64,000 bases of DNA from Gekko japonicus (GCF_001447785.1 NW_015172565.1:992578-1056577); one strand, 5' to 3'; positions 24,935 through 39,800 are shown, counted from the stretch's first letter. Notes: a model not told the origin generated them from the letters alone. Translations and numbers: made by a program.

Positions 24935-27900
24935 GTAAGTACAATTCTAATTAGCTTCTTTGCTAAGCAGATTGCACCTTGATTCTAAATGGTTTGGTGA
25001 ATGGGAATTCACCTGAATACAGCAAGAATGACTTGTACCTCTGTGTGTAGGGCTGTCATTCTATGCAAAATTACTTTGGGAGTCAGCCCCATTTACATCA
25101 AAGTAAATTATTTCCATCTGAGCAAAAATGTTAACTGGATTAGGCTGTAAAGCAGGTTCTTACCACTTAAGCTAGGACTGGAGCACAAACCTGTTTACTG
25201 TTCAACCTGGTTAAGAGTTGTTATGTGGGGTTTAAGATGATTTGTTGCCATTGTAATATGGCTGAAATTGGTATAGTTATTAGTTTGGTGGCTGGGCTAC
25301 AGGTCTTCAAGATGGTACGCTTTTCACATGAAAGATTCTGATTCATAAACCATTCTCAGTAAATAAACTGGCACAGAATGTGGGTACCTCACTTGCACAA
25401 GTGCAATCATGCCAAAGCTATGTGAGGTCTCCGCACACTTTCTACCATGTCTTAGCTTTTCAGTAACTTAAGTATGCTTGATGTATTCATAATTGCTTGC
25501 TTTCCTTTCTAGGCAATGATGGCAATGTTGCCATTGCAGATGCTTCAATAATTCCAGTTGGAGGTAAATGCTGAATGGGATGCATGGATGATTTATTTAA
25601 ACTTAACACAACACCCCCCTATCCCACTGGCATGAAGTAGTATTTCATTAAAAATAATCATTTGGACCAGAAGGATGTGTGGTGGCTGTAGATGTGTGAA
25701 CCCACCATTGCAATGCCTGCTGAAAGCCAAATCCTGCACATGGTGGTGCACACAATAAGTCTCTCTTTCTTTGGAGGCCACCTATGCTTCCACCTGGTTT
25801 TGTGATAAGGCTGTCTGAGTCATCTGATGACACTGGAAGCAGACTGGGATGGGCAAGAAGGAGATGTTCCCAAGGTTTCATGTGGCCAATGTGTGGAATT
25901 TGAATCAGGGTAACCACTTGGACACTAACATAAATTGATTTACAAAAGGTTATAGATTATTCTGGCCTGGCAGTTTGTGGTTGACACATTGTTATTCAGT
26001 TTTGTACTCCTAACCCTACTGCATTGTTCATTGAATATTTTATCCTGTATGATTACACTGTTGCTCATGCTGTCAATCTGTTTAGTACTTCTGATCCAAT
26101 TCGCACTGTTTATCAGATGTCCTGTACTGTATATTAGTCTTTTATCTTTTGTTCTTCTGTAATCTACCTTGAGTCTTAGTGGGAAAGATGGGCTTATAAG
26201 TAAGTTAAATATAATAAAATTTTAAAAATTCCCCGGAGCGAGTGGCTATTAGCACTGATCTCTGGACCTGTAGCTTCCATATTCAGAGACAATAAGCCTT
26301 GGAGTACTAGATGTTGGGAAGAACAAAAAATGGTGGATTGTTCTGTCCCACTTTATGCGCTGGAGCATCTAGCTAGCCACTGCAGAAGTAGAATACTCAA
26401 CTCTTGATTTTTTAGCTCTTATGGCCTTATGCTGCTACACATGTTTTCGTTTCTGCTCTAAATAAATTGTATTCTCTCTTCCTCCTATCCCAGATCCTAA
26501 TATAGCAGTGGGGAAAATATCCTCCCAGTCCAGCACTTTTGAAACAAAAGGAGAGTCCAGAAAGGGCGTAGACGGGTCTCTGGCACATAACTATGCTCAT
26601 GGCGATTGCACCCTGACACAGAAGGAATTTGAACCCTGGTGGATGGTGGATTTGATTTCGGCATTTCAGGTGTCTGCTGTGGTCGTCACCAACAGAGGAG
26701 ACTGTTGTGAATCGCGCATAAAAGGAGCTGAGATTCTGATTGGGGATTTGCCTGAGAAGGGAGGCACCATGAATCCCAGGTATTTGCCTGCTGCCTCCTA
26801 ACATACACATAAGCACAGTAATAGTGACTTGTTCTTAGTCCAACATTTAGTTCTAGGAGGGTGTATTTAGAATCTGTAATTTGGGCCCACTGACTAAATT
26901 CCAGTGCTCAAGATTTTTCATTTTCTCTTCTAAGAGCTGTCTATTTTAGACAACTTTACCTGCAGAAAATTTGCTGAGTAGTTCAAGTTCTGGGTAAGCA
27001 GCCTATGAATTTGCCTCAAGGCCTTAATAGCAGTTCTACGTGGCAAGATGGTTCAATGAATCTGTGAAGCATTTTCGCAAATGGCAATTTCTCCATGTCT
27101 TCTTCTGCACATTATTCTGTTTATTTGTGCTTTCCCCCCTTCTGTACTACTATTATTAAATACTAGTTTCCTTATAACAAGATTATTTTATTGATTACTG
27201 TTAATTTGAAGCTGTGTTATGGTGAACCAGACTACTTACTGGTCCATCTTGTTAAGTATTGTTGATTGACAGCAGCTCTCCGGAGTCTGCTACATTTGGT
27301 CGTTTGGATTTGAGATGCCCCTAATTGAATCTAAGGGCCAAACTAAATGTTACTGGAGTTGGGTCTGGATTTCCTGGACCCCAGTCATGTTCTCAGCAGC
27401 TACTGGAAACAGGCTCTTTAAAAGAGAGAGAGAGAGAGAGAGAGGGCTCAAATAGGATTGGAATGCAGGGGTGGAAAATGGTCAGTAAAATCAGTAAAAG
27501 TCAGTTTTTTTCATTTTGGTCAGTAATTTGTCAGTTTTTTTAAAAAATTGGTCAGTAAAGTCAGTATTTCTTTGATTCTTGTGAATGCAGTTTGTGTTTT
27601 TCTGTTTTCATTACTGCATTTTTGGGGAAACATGATGACTTCCCAGTGAGAAGACAGATTGTTTTCAGTGTAGTTATGAAGTACTTTAAGGACTTTGTTC
27701 CTAAGAGTAAAAGTGATTTGGTGAAATCTTCCACAGAGTATAGAAACATAACTAACCTCTTAAAACATGAGACAATGAAAGTAGAGGTGATGGATATTGT
27801 GGGATTCAACATGACACAGCTCATGCTAGAAGGAGTTGAGAAGAGGACAAGGGGGAAAAATGCTTGTGGATGCAGTGCAGAAAACTGTTGAGAAATGAAA

Positions 27901-30900
27901 GAGTTCATGAATAACTTTATTTATTCAATTTATACCCCACCCTCCCCGCCGGGGTGGGCTCAGGGTGGCTTATAAAGAGATTAAACATATAGGTAACAAA
28001 TTATATACAATCTTAAAACAAATAATAAAACTCTACATTATCATAAAGTGCTAGTAAGTGATCAGATACTTATAAGAATGCTTACAGAAGGCAGAACCGA
28101 TACTAGTGTTGTAATCAGATGATCTATATCGGTGGTCTTGGTCTCTATATTTAGGCAACAGCACAGGCTGTTGATGGTAAGCCAAGGACCAGGGCATTGT
28201 CACATCTCAGTTATTTGATGTTATTTGGTGTGGCTCCTTAGTCAAAGGCCTGGTGGAAGAGCTCCATCTTGCAGGCCCTGCGGAAATGTAAAAGGTCCTG
28301 AGGGCCCTGATCTCTTCTGGGAGCTCATTCCACCAGTACAGAGCTACCACTGAGAAGGCCCTGACCCTGGTTGTGGCCAGCCTGGCATCTTTAGGACCTG
28401 GGAGGCCAATTGATTTTGTGACCCTGAGTGCAGTGCTCTCTGGGGAGCATGTGGGGAAAGGTGTTCTCTCAGGTATGTGGGCCCCTGACCATAAGGGGCT
28501 TTAAAGGTAAGTACCAGCACCTTGAAGCGAATTCGGTATCCTATCGGCAGCCAGTGCAGTGCTTTCAGCACAGGCTGGATGTTGTCCAGCATAGGGAGGC
28601 CTATCAGAAGCCTGGCTGCAGCATTTTGTACTAGCTGTAGCTTCTGGATTTGGGTCAAGGGCAGCCCCATATAAAGAGCATTACAGTAGTCCAAACTCGA
28701 GGTGACCATCGCATGGATCACTGTCGCCAAGTTGTTGCATTCGAGGAAGAGAACTAACTGCCTAATCAGCTGGAGGTGGTAAAAGGCTGATTTGGCAGTG
28801 GCTGCTACCTGGGCCTCCATTGTTAGTGAGGCATTCAGGAGCACTCCCAAACTCCAAACCTCCAGCGCTGGCACCAATGGTGCCTCATTGAAGGTCAGAA
28901 GTAGGATCCCTGCCCTTGGGCTGCCCCAGCTCAGGCACAGGACCTCCGTCTTCATCGGATTCAGTTTCAGTTGGCTCAGTCTGAGCCAACCAGCTACGGC
29001 TTGCAACCCCTGGTTCAGATCTTCCAGTTTGAAGTCAGACTGACCGCCCAACGACAAATAGAGCTGGGTGTCATCCGCATACTGGTGACATCCCAGTCCA
29101 TGCCTCTGGGCAATCTGGGCAAGGGGGCGCATGTAGATGTTAAATAACATTGGGGACAGCACCGCCCCTTGGGGCACTCCACAAATCAGTGGGTGCTTTT
29201 GGGATAACTGCTCCCCTAGCGCCACCCTTTGTCCCCGACCCTGAAGGAAAGAAGCCAGCCATTGCAAGGCAGGCCCCTGGACTCCAGTGTTGGCGAGGCA
29301 GTGGATCAGTAACTAATGTTTGACCATGTTGAATGCCGCCAACAGGTCCAACAGCAACGTCACTGCCAATCTGCCCTGATCCAGATGCCTCCGGAGGTCA
29401 TCCGTGAGGGCGAACAGTGCCATCTCTGTCCTGTGGCCTGGGCAGAAACCGGACTGGAAAGGATCCAGAATGGAAGTGTCATCCAAAAAGCTCTGTAGCT
29501 GAATTGCCACAGCCATCTCAGTTATTTTACCCAAATAGGGCAGATTGGAGACTTGCTGGTAATTAGCCAATTCGGCCAGATCCAGAGATGGCTTTTTCAG
29601 GAGGGGACGAACCACAGCTTCCTTGAGTGCCCTAGGGAACTGTCCCTCCGAGAGGGACTTGTTGATAATCTCCCTTGGTGCATCTCAAAATCCCTCACGG
29701 CCAGTTTTAATTAGCCATGGTGGGCACGGGTCAAGGCAGCATGTAGTAGGGCGTACAGTTAAGAGCAGTTTGTCAACTTCTTCCAGGCTAAGCGGACTGA
29801 AATAATCCATAATCTGACTAAGATGTGCATGGAGCCTCGAGTTCACTTACTGTCTCAACTGTGGTGGGGAGGTCATGGCAGAGCGACAGGACTTTATCTG
29901 CAAAATAACTTGCAAAAGCCTCACAGCCTATATCCAATTCCTTAATATTTTGTCTGCTCTGTGGCAGAACAGTCATAGACCGAATTATTCTAAATAATTG
30001 GGCTGGGCATGAGCTCGTAGATGCAATCGTGGCCGCATAATACTCTTGACTGCCATCTCATAGGATCTCATAAATGTCCTACACTCTGTAGCCATCTTAG
30101 CCATCGCTTCATCAGCCGCAACTCCTGGGTAAAGCAAGGAGCCAGTCTAAAGTGAGGGCGCAGAGGGCGTCGGGGAGCGATCTCATTGATGGCTGCCGAG
30201 AGTCAGCTGTGCCAATCCTCCACAAGCTCATCTAATGAGCCACCAGGGGGCATCGGATCCCGCAGCACCATTTGAAGCCACATAGGGTCCATTTGGCTCC
30301 ATGGGCAAGCTGAAATCTGCTCACCACCCAAACAGGGTTGGGGTGAAACATCATGGGCCTTCAGGGCATGATGGTCTGACCATGGCACTGCTGAGGCAGT
30401 GACCCGGTCCACTGTGACTCCTGCCGCGAAGATCAGATCGAGCGTGTGCCCGGCCTGGTGAGTGGGAGTCATTATATATTGGGAGAGTCCCAGCGCCACC
30501 ACGGATGACACTAGGTCCATTGCCTGAGTGGAGGTTTCATCATCCGCATGGACACTGAAATCAAGCAGGACAATCAGTCTAGGGTGTTCCAGTGCCCAGC
30601 CCGACACGGCCTCCACCAGGGATGGCAGGCTGATGGCCGGTTCTTTTTTCATCAAAAAACCAAAGATAAAGTACAAGCAAAGACAAGTCTTATCTTACAG
30701 TAATTGTGTTTTGTTGTCATAATTATTACTTTATGTTTGGTTTTTAATATGTTTTTGCTGTTTTGCTGTTTTATTATCTGCGGTATGTGATTATTTTTAA
30801 AAGGGAATCTTTTTTTGCCTTGCATTTTGTACAATAATGAAAACATTGTCCTCTATTCTTAAAAAAATAAATAAAAAGGCGTTAAATCCTTTTATCTGGG

Positions 30901-33798
30901 TCACATCTAACTATGGGGCTGGCTATGGGGATGGTGGAGGCCAGATAATAATAATTTTTAATGAAGTCCTAGTTTTACATTTAAAACGCTAGCTTATAAG
31001 TAGGTTGATATTAAATTGTTCAGTAATTTGTCCTTTTTTGGTCAGTATTTGGTCAGGTTTTTTTTTTAAATTTTAGTCAGTAAAATCAGTATTTTTGACC
31101 CTTTGACTAGTTTCCACCCCTGGAATGGCACTGTGGGGGGAGGAAGTGCTCCTACCTCACCTAAGCCACACCAGGGAGAGTTATTTCTCTGGTTTTAGTG
31201 TTCCACATGCACTAATACTTCATGTGGAGCAGAAAAATCAGGGAAATGACCCCCCCCACCACCACCAGCATGGTTTTTGTGCAGGAAAATGGCTTGGGGG
31301 GAGATAGGAGCTCTTCTTCCCCCCATGGTACAGTTCTGAGACCATTGGGGCTCTTTCTTTTTTCAAAGAAGCAGTGCCCTGCAGCTCCTGTGTGGCTGCC
31401 GAAAGCATGAGTTGGGTCTAGATAACTTGGACCCAATGTTTTAAAAAACAATGCTTAGTTTGGCCCTAAGATCAGATCATTTGCATGCAAAGCTTGTATT
31501 CTACCCGCCTACAAGCTCTACACACAACCCCCCAAGTCATTATATGGCCAGGGACCAGCCTACCTGAGGGACCGCCTTTCCCCACATGTGCCCCCAAGAG
31601 CACTACGGTCTGGGACCCAGAACCTATTAGACGTACCAGGTCCACGGGTTACCAAATTAGTAGTGACCAGGAATAGGGCGTTTTCGGTGGCGGCTCCTAT
31701 CTGGTGGAACGAGCTCCCAGAGGAGATCAGGGCTCTGCGGGACCTAGCACAGTTCCGCAGAGCCTGCAAGACAGAGCTCTTCCGCCAGGCTTTTGAATAG
31801 GAGCCGCCACCGCCATTACACCATCAGTATACCATCATCACCATCTACGCCCTAAGCTAGTCGACAGGGTTACCGGATGTGGACACTTGGAAAGAGAACG
31901 GGACTTCTGACGGCCATCTGGCTTTAGGAGCCGAGCACCAATTGTTGTTTGTATGTATGATGTTTTAAGAGTTAATGTTATTTAATGTTTTTAATGTTTT
32001 TACTGTTTTACTACATGTTTCGGCGACATGCTGTGTAAGCCGCCCTGAGCCTACGGGGAGGGCGGGATAAAAATACAAATAATAAATAATAAATAATAAT
32101 AAATAACTCTCACATGGTCTGTCCATAGAAAGTGGTTTTCAAACAACAACTCCCTGCGAGTTTATATGGAGTTTCTCAGTGGGGGGAAGAATAAGGGCAC
32201 ACCGGCAGGCGTCTCTGAAACAGACAGCTTGCCTGTCACCACTAGCTTTCCTTGCACAATGCAGCTATGGAGCATGTTGGGCATATTCTATGGTGTGCCC
32301 CTCAGCACATAACGAGTAATGGTGAAGCCCAGCAAACAGAGCAAGCACCCTGCACGAGCCAAGTGTGTGACCTAGAACCTGCTTCAGAATAGTCTGCAAT
32401 GGCCGGAGTTCCATGGCAGCAGAGTTATTGTGGAAAGCTTCCTGCCAACTTGAACCACTGATTTTAAGAGTCTACCTAGAAAGCAAGATTGGAATGCAGC
32501 AGCACCTTAGAGACCAACAAGATTTTCGGGGCACAAGCTTGCAAGAGTCAAAGCTCCCTTCATCAGATACAAGTAGGAATAGAGATCCCTGAATCCTTAT
32601 ATCCCAGTCAGAATATATACACAAAAGGAGGAGGAGGAGGAGATTGGATTTATACCCTGCCCTTCACTACCCAAAGGAGTCTCAGGGCGGCTTACAAACT
32701 CCTTTCCCTTCCGCTCCCCACAACAGCCACCCTGTGAGGTAGGTGGGGCTGAGAGAGCCCTGACAGAAACTGCTCTTTTTCAAGGACAGCTGTGCCAGAG
32801 CTTGTGACTGACCCAAGGTCACATCAGCAGCTGCGAGTGGAGGAGTGGGAAATCAAACCCGGTTCTCCCAGATTAGAGTCTGCGCACTTAACCACTACAC
32901 CAAACTCAGATCTCCATTCCAACTGACAAAGGGAACTTTGACTCTTGAAAGCTTTTACCATGAAAATCTGGCTGGTCTCTAAGGTGCTGCTGGGCTTGTA
33001 TCTAGCTGTTCTGCTGCAGACCGACACGGCTACCCTCTGGAACTAGCCGGAAAGCATTAGGTTATCCTGGCATCAGCGTGGGTAGGGTTCACACACCTAC
33101 ACAGACCATGCCTTGGCTGTGCTCTGCTCTTTGCAACTAAATAATGGTCTTCTTCCTTGGCAGGTGTGCCACAATCAGCAGCATGGATCTTGGAGAAACC
33201 GTGACCTTTAACTGTGCGGGAATGCAAGGGCAATATGTGACCATTACTATCCCAGGGAGAAGGGAGTCCCTCTCCCTCTGTGAAGTGCAAGTGCTTGGAC
33301 ACCCGTGGCTTCACATAGGTGAGCAGATGGCCTGCATTCAGGATCCCCTGAATTTTACGTGCCTCTGGAGAACACGGTTATCAGCATGCAGGATGTACAA
33401 GGGCTGTGTTGCCTTTCCCAGTGCTGTAAGAGCATTAGGCTATGTACGGAATTTAATGGGCTTTGTACGTACACAACAGTTTGGCTGCTGTATACTGAAC
33501 CTGCTGCTATGAATACATTGTAACTAATAACAGAGAAATAATACAAGCAGTGGGTAGCTTCAGGGACTGCCATGAATGGTTGCCTGTTGTTGCCTGGGTT
33601 AAACAGCTGCCTCCAGTTATCATGTGATGCAAATGAGCAGCCGTTGGCTTGGTTACTCTGACAGTTTGTTAATCTTGATGGTGACACACAGCAGTAATCT
33701 AGTTTTAGCTGCAAAATGTACTTGATTTCTTGGAAACGTAGGCTGGAGCTGTACATAAATAGTTTTTTCAGAAAGCAGAGGCAGTATTGTAAAGCATG

Positions 33799-33840
<42 letters not shown>

Positions 33841-36800
33841 TTTTCAGACCAATTTTTCAGTTTTTGTAGTGCTTCAAGCCTGGAAATGATAAAACGAGAC
33901 TTGAGAGATGCAGCTGTTGTTGCCACAAGAGTTGTACATTCGCTATTGCAGGTGCCTATTGGTTAGTGCCCATACTCGTGTCACCAATGATTACATCTAG
34001 CACCCTTTCTCAAAGCCCACGGTAGTTTTAAAACTTTCTAATTTGCAGGGAAGGGGAATGGGTATTGCAAAGGATGCACGCGTAACCAGACGTTCAAAAC
34101 AGTGATGTAACCCTTTAAAAAAGGGTGACAAAGAATTCAGAACTATCCATTCACCTCACCTGTATGCTTCCATTTCCAGTTTTCTTTTCTCCTGAAAAAC
34201 ATCCTTCCCACTGTCCACATGCCCATGTTGCGTGCCTGGGCTAAATGCTTTATGCTCTGCTGTAGAGAGTTTGAATGCATGTGGGAACCCCTCCCTCCCC
34301 CGCAATGATGCACACTGAGCAAATCTCTAGCAGACTGAGAAGTACATGGCATGTTGTGCCTTGAAAAGACATGCCATTTGATGAGCTTTAGTTAAACAAA
34401 AAGAATTAAAATAGGATAAGGCATGAATGCCTGAAGGTCCATGGAGGCAGGTCACTGGTCTAGTGACTACTGGTCTAGTCTACTAGTGACTCTTGGGCAC
34501 AGATCTTTCCCAGGGCTGCAACTGGAGACACTTTGGTTGAAGTTGTGATTGGAGACCCTGGCAGTTTCCACAAGAAGGCATGAAGATGTGCCCCTGCCAT
34601 GGCAGCAACAGCAACCAGGGTGGGAACAAGTGGGAATTCTCCTGCAAAGATCTGTCCCTACTGCGCTTGCTGCTGGCCCTCACATCTCACTCCTCCCCAT
34701 TTCTCCACCGTGTCTGCACAAAAGTACAGATTGTGACAGCAAGTTCCCCCACAGCACAGACACCCCCTTTTCTTTCCCTTTTCACTCTTCCTGCCAGGCC
34801 GTGCTGTAATGCTACAGCAAGGCCCAACTGGGGAAGGAAAAAAGCCCTTTAAAGGGGTTGTAAAGGGGGGAAGAAAATGTCATTTGGAAGATGCAGCTCA
34901 CTGCAGCTCACTCCCTACTGTGGCTGTGGGCTGAGTGAGTGGAGTGTTGCGTGCCTCCCCCCCACACACACACAGTTTCCCCTCTGAGTTGTAACAAAGT
35001 AGGTTTACTTTTAATCTAGTTCAAGGGATGGAAATACTTTAAGGCCTTCCTGCTGCCTATGTGGGGGAAAAGGCCCATGCAGAAGCAGCCCCTATAAGAC
35101 ATGTGCTCTGCTGTGGAACTATGGAGGTGATGCCGCACCTCCAGGCTGATGCTGGCCCATGGCTTTGGGGTGGAGGGTGGGGGTGGAGGCTATGTTACTA
35201 TGACCAGAAAACTTCCAGATTGTCCAGAGGAATTATGCATGGGCTTAAGTGCTGTCAAGTTTCAACTGACTTACGTTGACCCCAGAAAGGGTCTTTCAAT
35301 GTAAGTAAGAAGCAGAGGTGATTTGACATTGCCTTGCTCTGCAGAGCCTTCCTTGGTGGTCTCCCATTTTATTTATTTATTTATTTAATTTTCTACTTAT
35401 ATACCGCTCTGACCCCGAAGAGTCTCTGAGCGGTTTACACAGCTGTTTATCCCTAACTAGGGCCACATTATTTGTATGGGGGGTGATAACCTACCAGCAC
35501 CCCGGCCACGGGCTCAGTTGCTATTCACTTCCTGGCTCGGCTTGTTGTTCAGTCCCTGGCAGCTCTTCTAAGTAATGACCCTGCTTCTCTTTCGAGATCT
35601 GAGGCGACTGGGCTGTACCATGTCGCATTCCCTGCCTCAGAGGAGTGAAAGGATTATGCAAGAAGCAACAATACATTTCCACATGAAAATACTAAAAACT
35701 TGGACTGTTGGGCCATTTTAGTGGTCACACAGGACCTGTCCCCATGGAGAAAAGGATGAGGCAAACAAATGAATCATTATATTACATGTAGGAGCTGGTG
35801 TTGAATCATGACTGAAAGAATGAGCTACGACCCAGGAGATCCCCAGCTGACATCTTGCCTCTGCCACAGACTCACGAGATGGCCTTAGACCTGCCAGTCT
35901 TTCTTAGCCTAAGCACCCCATCTCCAATATGGGGATGAATATACTGGCCTTAATACATGTGAAGTGCTTTGAACATGGAAAAGGGCTTATGTATACATTA
36001 GTATATCAGCAAAGTTAGAAATCAGCATTGGAGAGCGCTCTAAGCTGGTAAAGTCACTATCATTAGATGATGTTGCTGAATGATCTCTGGTTAGTTTAGT
36101 GCTCTTTCAGGACAAAGCCCAATGTCTCATAGTTGTGTCAGCCCTCAACAATAAATTTGGCCCAATTTTTCTTTCTGACATAGCTTGCTTCTCATGGACG
36201 GCAAATGTAGTATTTATTTAAGGTTGTGAGAGAGTTAGAAGCCCCCTAGGTCCCACAGAAAGAGGAAGACAGAGTAGTCGATGCTAGTGATTGAGAGAGA
36301 ATTGTCTTTGTTCCTATACTATCCATGAATTCAATTTCAGTCTTCACTCTTACTCATTCGTCATGTAATGCTGCCATCTTGTGGCTTTCCTTTGTTACAT
36401 AGCCCCAGCAGTGCTCTGAACTCACCTACACCAAGAAAAGGATACGTTCAATTCCTTGAACATTCCCCAGCCCATCTTTACCTTTTGCAGAAAAGCAGAT
36501 TCTCCAACCCTCAATTTAAATTGCCTTTGCTATATAATGGATGGGTTTAAAATACCTGTTCTGTTCTTCAGAAAACCGAGGCAAATGTGCACTTCATTTT
36601 TTTTTTAATGTATCCTGCCTTTTTCCTCAGGGGAGACCCAAAGTGGCCTGTCCACTGTATCCTCCCAACAACCACCCTGTGAGGTAGGTTAGGCTGAGAG
36701 AGTGTAATGGATGCGAGGGCACCTGGCAAGCTTCAGGAGCAAGTGGGAAGTCGAACCCTGTTCTCCCAGCTTGACTCATTAGCCGCTATGCCATGCTGGT

Positions 36801-39800
36801 TCTCAAAGAACTAAATGAGGAAACATTTATGAAGTTGGGCTGTGTTTGTTATTAAGCTGATCGTTTTCCATCTCTGTGGAGTGAGGGTGTAGCCTTGCTC
36901 ATATTTATGACTTTTTGTAACAGATGAGATGTGACAGATGTGATCAATAAATACATGGACTGTCACAGAGTGTTGCAGGGGTTGATGAGGAAGAGTGGGA
37001 GTTCTGTTGCTCATTGCTAGCGATACCACAGTGACTATTCAGTGGCCCCATGACAGATGTGCTACCTCATTCAAAAGCCCTGGAGAAAACACGTTCAGTT
37101 GCTTTTTGGTTTGGTCAAAAGATGTCAGTGGAATGAAGTTTTCCCTATTTCCCTGCTTTTGTGTGCTTTTTAAATAACTGAACATCCAACCCAATTAGGA
37201 GTTGTGGAGACCTCAAAAGCTTGCGTGCTGTTTTGTGGTATTTTGGTTACCCATATTACATGGTTTTGTTTTTGTATTTCTAGAAAAGTCTTTATAAGTT
37301 ATAGCTGATGCATCTTGGACCACGAAAGTCAGTGGGACAGCACAAAACAAAAGGTTACATTGTTAGATAATAGAACAAAGTCTGAGACCAATGGCACCTT
37401 TAACAGTCCAGTGGCATCAGTATGCACGCGAAAACGTATATCTAGAACTAAATTCTGTTAGTCTTGAAGGTGCCACTGGATTCAAACTTTGTTCTATTAC
37501 TTCAGTCCAACATGGCTACCCACCTGAATCTATTGTTTGATCATGTTTAGGACTGGAGTTCCAGAATCTATCACACAAAAAATGTTGGTAGTTTTAAAAA
37601 TCTGAGTATTACTTTACCCATTCAGTGGCTCCTATGCTCTGCCATCATTTGAGTGTTGAAATAGAAACAGTCATGATTTTAACCTTATGGCAGTTTCTCA
37701 AACTTTTCTCTGGGCCCATTCAATATAGCTTTGGGCAATTTTCTAAAAACAAGCATCTCCGGATGGCTTCTCCTTGTTTTCTGCTGTTATTTGGGGCTGA
37801 TATTTCTGGACACATTGGGCTGAATCTTAAGTACCACCAGTGGAATGAAGGCCACAGAGCAGGAGCTCCCCACATTTCCTCTCTTGTTATAGCCCACTAA
37901 AGCCCTGAAATTCTGAAAACCCCCGGAACAGGGTAGAAGCACAGATTGGGCAGTCAGGGGTGTGAGGGGGCTATTAGTAACCATTGCCTCCCTCCACTGC
38001 TATAATGTAATCACTGCTACACCAGTGGAGTGGCACCTTAGGTACCAATGCACTTGGTATAGCATCAGCCTACATGGTGAGCATGCTGCAGTATTCCTTG
38101 CATGTAGATGCTTCTGAGATAAGCTTAGGGCACCGTGCAAAGACCTTTTACATTAAAAGAGGAGTGGGTCAGGACATTTCAACCTCTTCCTAAGCTACAC
38201 AGGACATTTCAACCTCTTCCTAAGCTACACAGTAGAGTAGAGCTTTTCGTGAGCTCCTGTCTTCCCTGTTCGGGTTGGGATGAGGCAATACTGTGGGTAG
38301 GGCTGCCAAGTGGGGGCGGGGGGCAGGTAAACCCCCGCTTTGGAGGCCTGATTTCCGCCGCCGCGGAATCGGGCCCCGGGGGGAACTCTGCCCCCGAAGC
38401 GCAGCGTGGCTGCGTCACCAGAGGTGACGCAACCACGTTGATCACGTTGGGGGCGTGACCCCGATCGTTGGAGGGAAAACTCTATCGTTTTCCCTCCGAT
38501 GATCAGGGCCACGCCCCCAACGTGATTGACGTTGCGCGTCACTTCCGGGACATGCTAGTGGCGCGCGTGCGCTTTGTGCGTGCGCATCAGAGGAGAGCTC
38601 CCGGAGCCCGGCGACGCTCCCCCGCCGGTAAGGATATTCGACTTGGCAACCCTAACTGTGGGAACAGTCAGTCCTCTAAATCAAATCTGGTTTAGTGTAC
38701 TGGGGGTGGGGGATTCAAACCACCCAGTTCATGGCTGATGAAAGAGAGGCTCCATCTGCCTCAGCAGTCACCTTCTCCCAGGAACTTCATTCCTGATTAT
38801 CCCAGAACCTGTAGCCTCAGCCCCGCCCCCTGCCCCACAGTTTGGTTCTAGGGTTTAAAGCCCCACATGGCTTGGGACCAGGATATCTGAAAGGTTGTCT
38901 TCTCCCATATGTTCCTGCCCAGGAATTAAGATCACAGGGAGAGGCCCTCCTGACTGTTTCATCAACCAAAGAAGCTTGTTTGGTGGGTACATGAGAGAGG
39001 GCCTTCTCAGTGGCAGCCCCGCAATTATGGAACAACCTTCCCAGAGAGCTGCACTTTGCCTAAGGTTCCCAGACCCCTAGCAGGGGTGGGGCATTCCCAA
39101 CCCTGGCCCCTTGATCAACTGGCCGGTGTGTGTGTGTGGATGGGGGCTTACCAGCAGCAAACACAGCGATGTCACTTCCAGCACACACCAGACGTGATGT
39201 CATGTAAACGCTGATGCAGGACACTCTGGTATTTGGGCAAAAACTCTATGGTAAAAATTGACTTCTACCATAGAATTTTTGTCCAAATATCATCGTGTCC
39301 CCACATTGCCATCAACGTGATGATGTCGCTTCTGGTGTGTGCTGGAAGTGATGTCGCTGAGTCACAGGCAATGCTGGCCTAGGCTTCTCTGGGCTGCAAG
39401 AAAGTCCTCACCCAACTGCCGTTGGTTGCCATGGGGTACCTGACAACCTGATCCCCTCACTTTTGATCCTTAGGAGGCAGCTGGAGACAGTTTTATTTAG
39501 GACAACGTTTGATTAATTTACTAGCAGTCCTAAACTGTGATTGTAAATTTTGCAGTTTTATGTTTTTTATATTGTGCATTTTATCTCATAAACCACCTGT
39601 AGCTCCATGTGGAAGAAAGACGCCTAATATTTAAAATAAAATTCTGGGGCTTCTGGATCCCATTTTGAATAATTTACCAGGGTTAGAAGCACAAAAATGT
39701 CACTTGTTTCTTTTTTGCAGTTCATGATGGAGGGCGGAATCCCGTCAGAGATAGTGAAACTGATTTAGGTAAGAGCTTAGCTATTGCAGTTTTTTTTTTT

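Noticed and set aside
25238-25320. Alternative signal-peptide exon for gene 1 (MAEIGIVISLVAGLQVFKM)
   Set aside because: The donor would be phase 0, whereas the next exon needs phase 1; the 24874-24934 exon fits better.
27592-27891. 99-aa ORF inside the 5-bp-TSD transposon as a transposase remnant
   Set aside because: No recognisable DDE, BED-finger or hAT dimerisation motif by eye.
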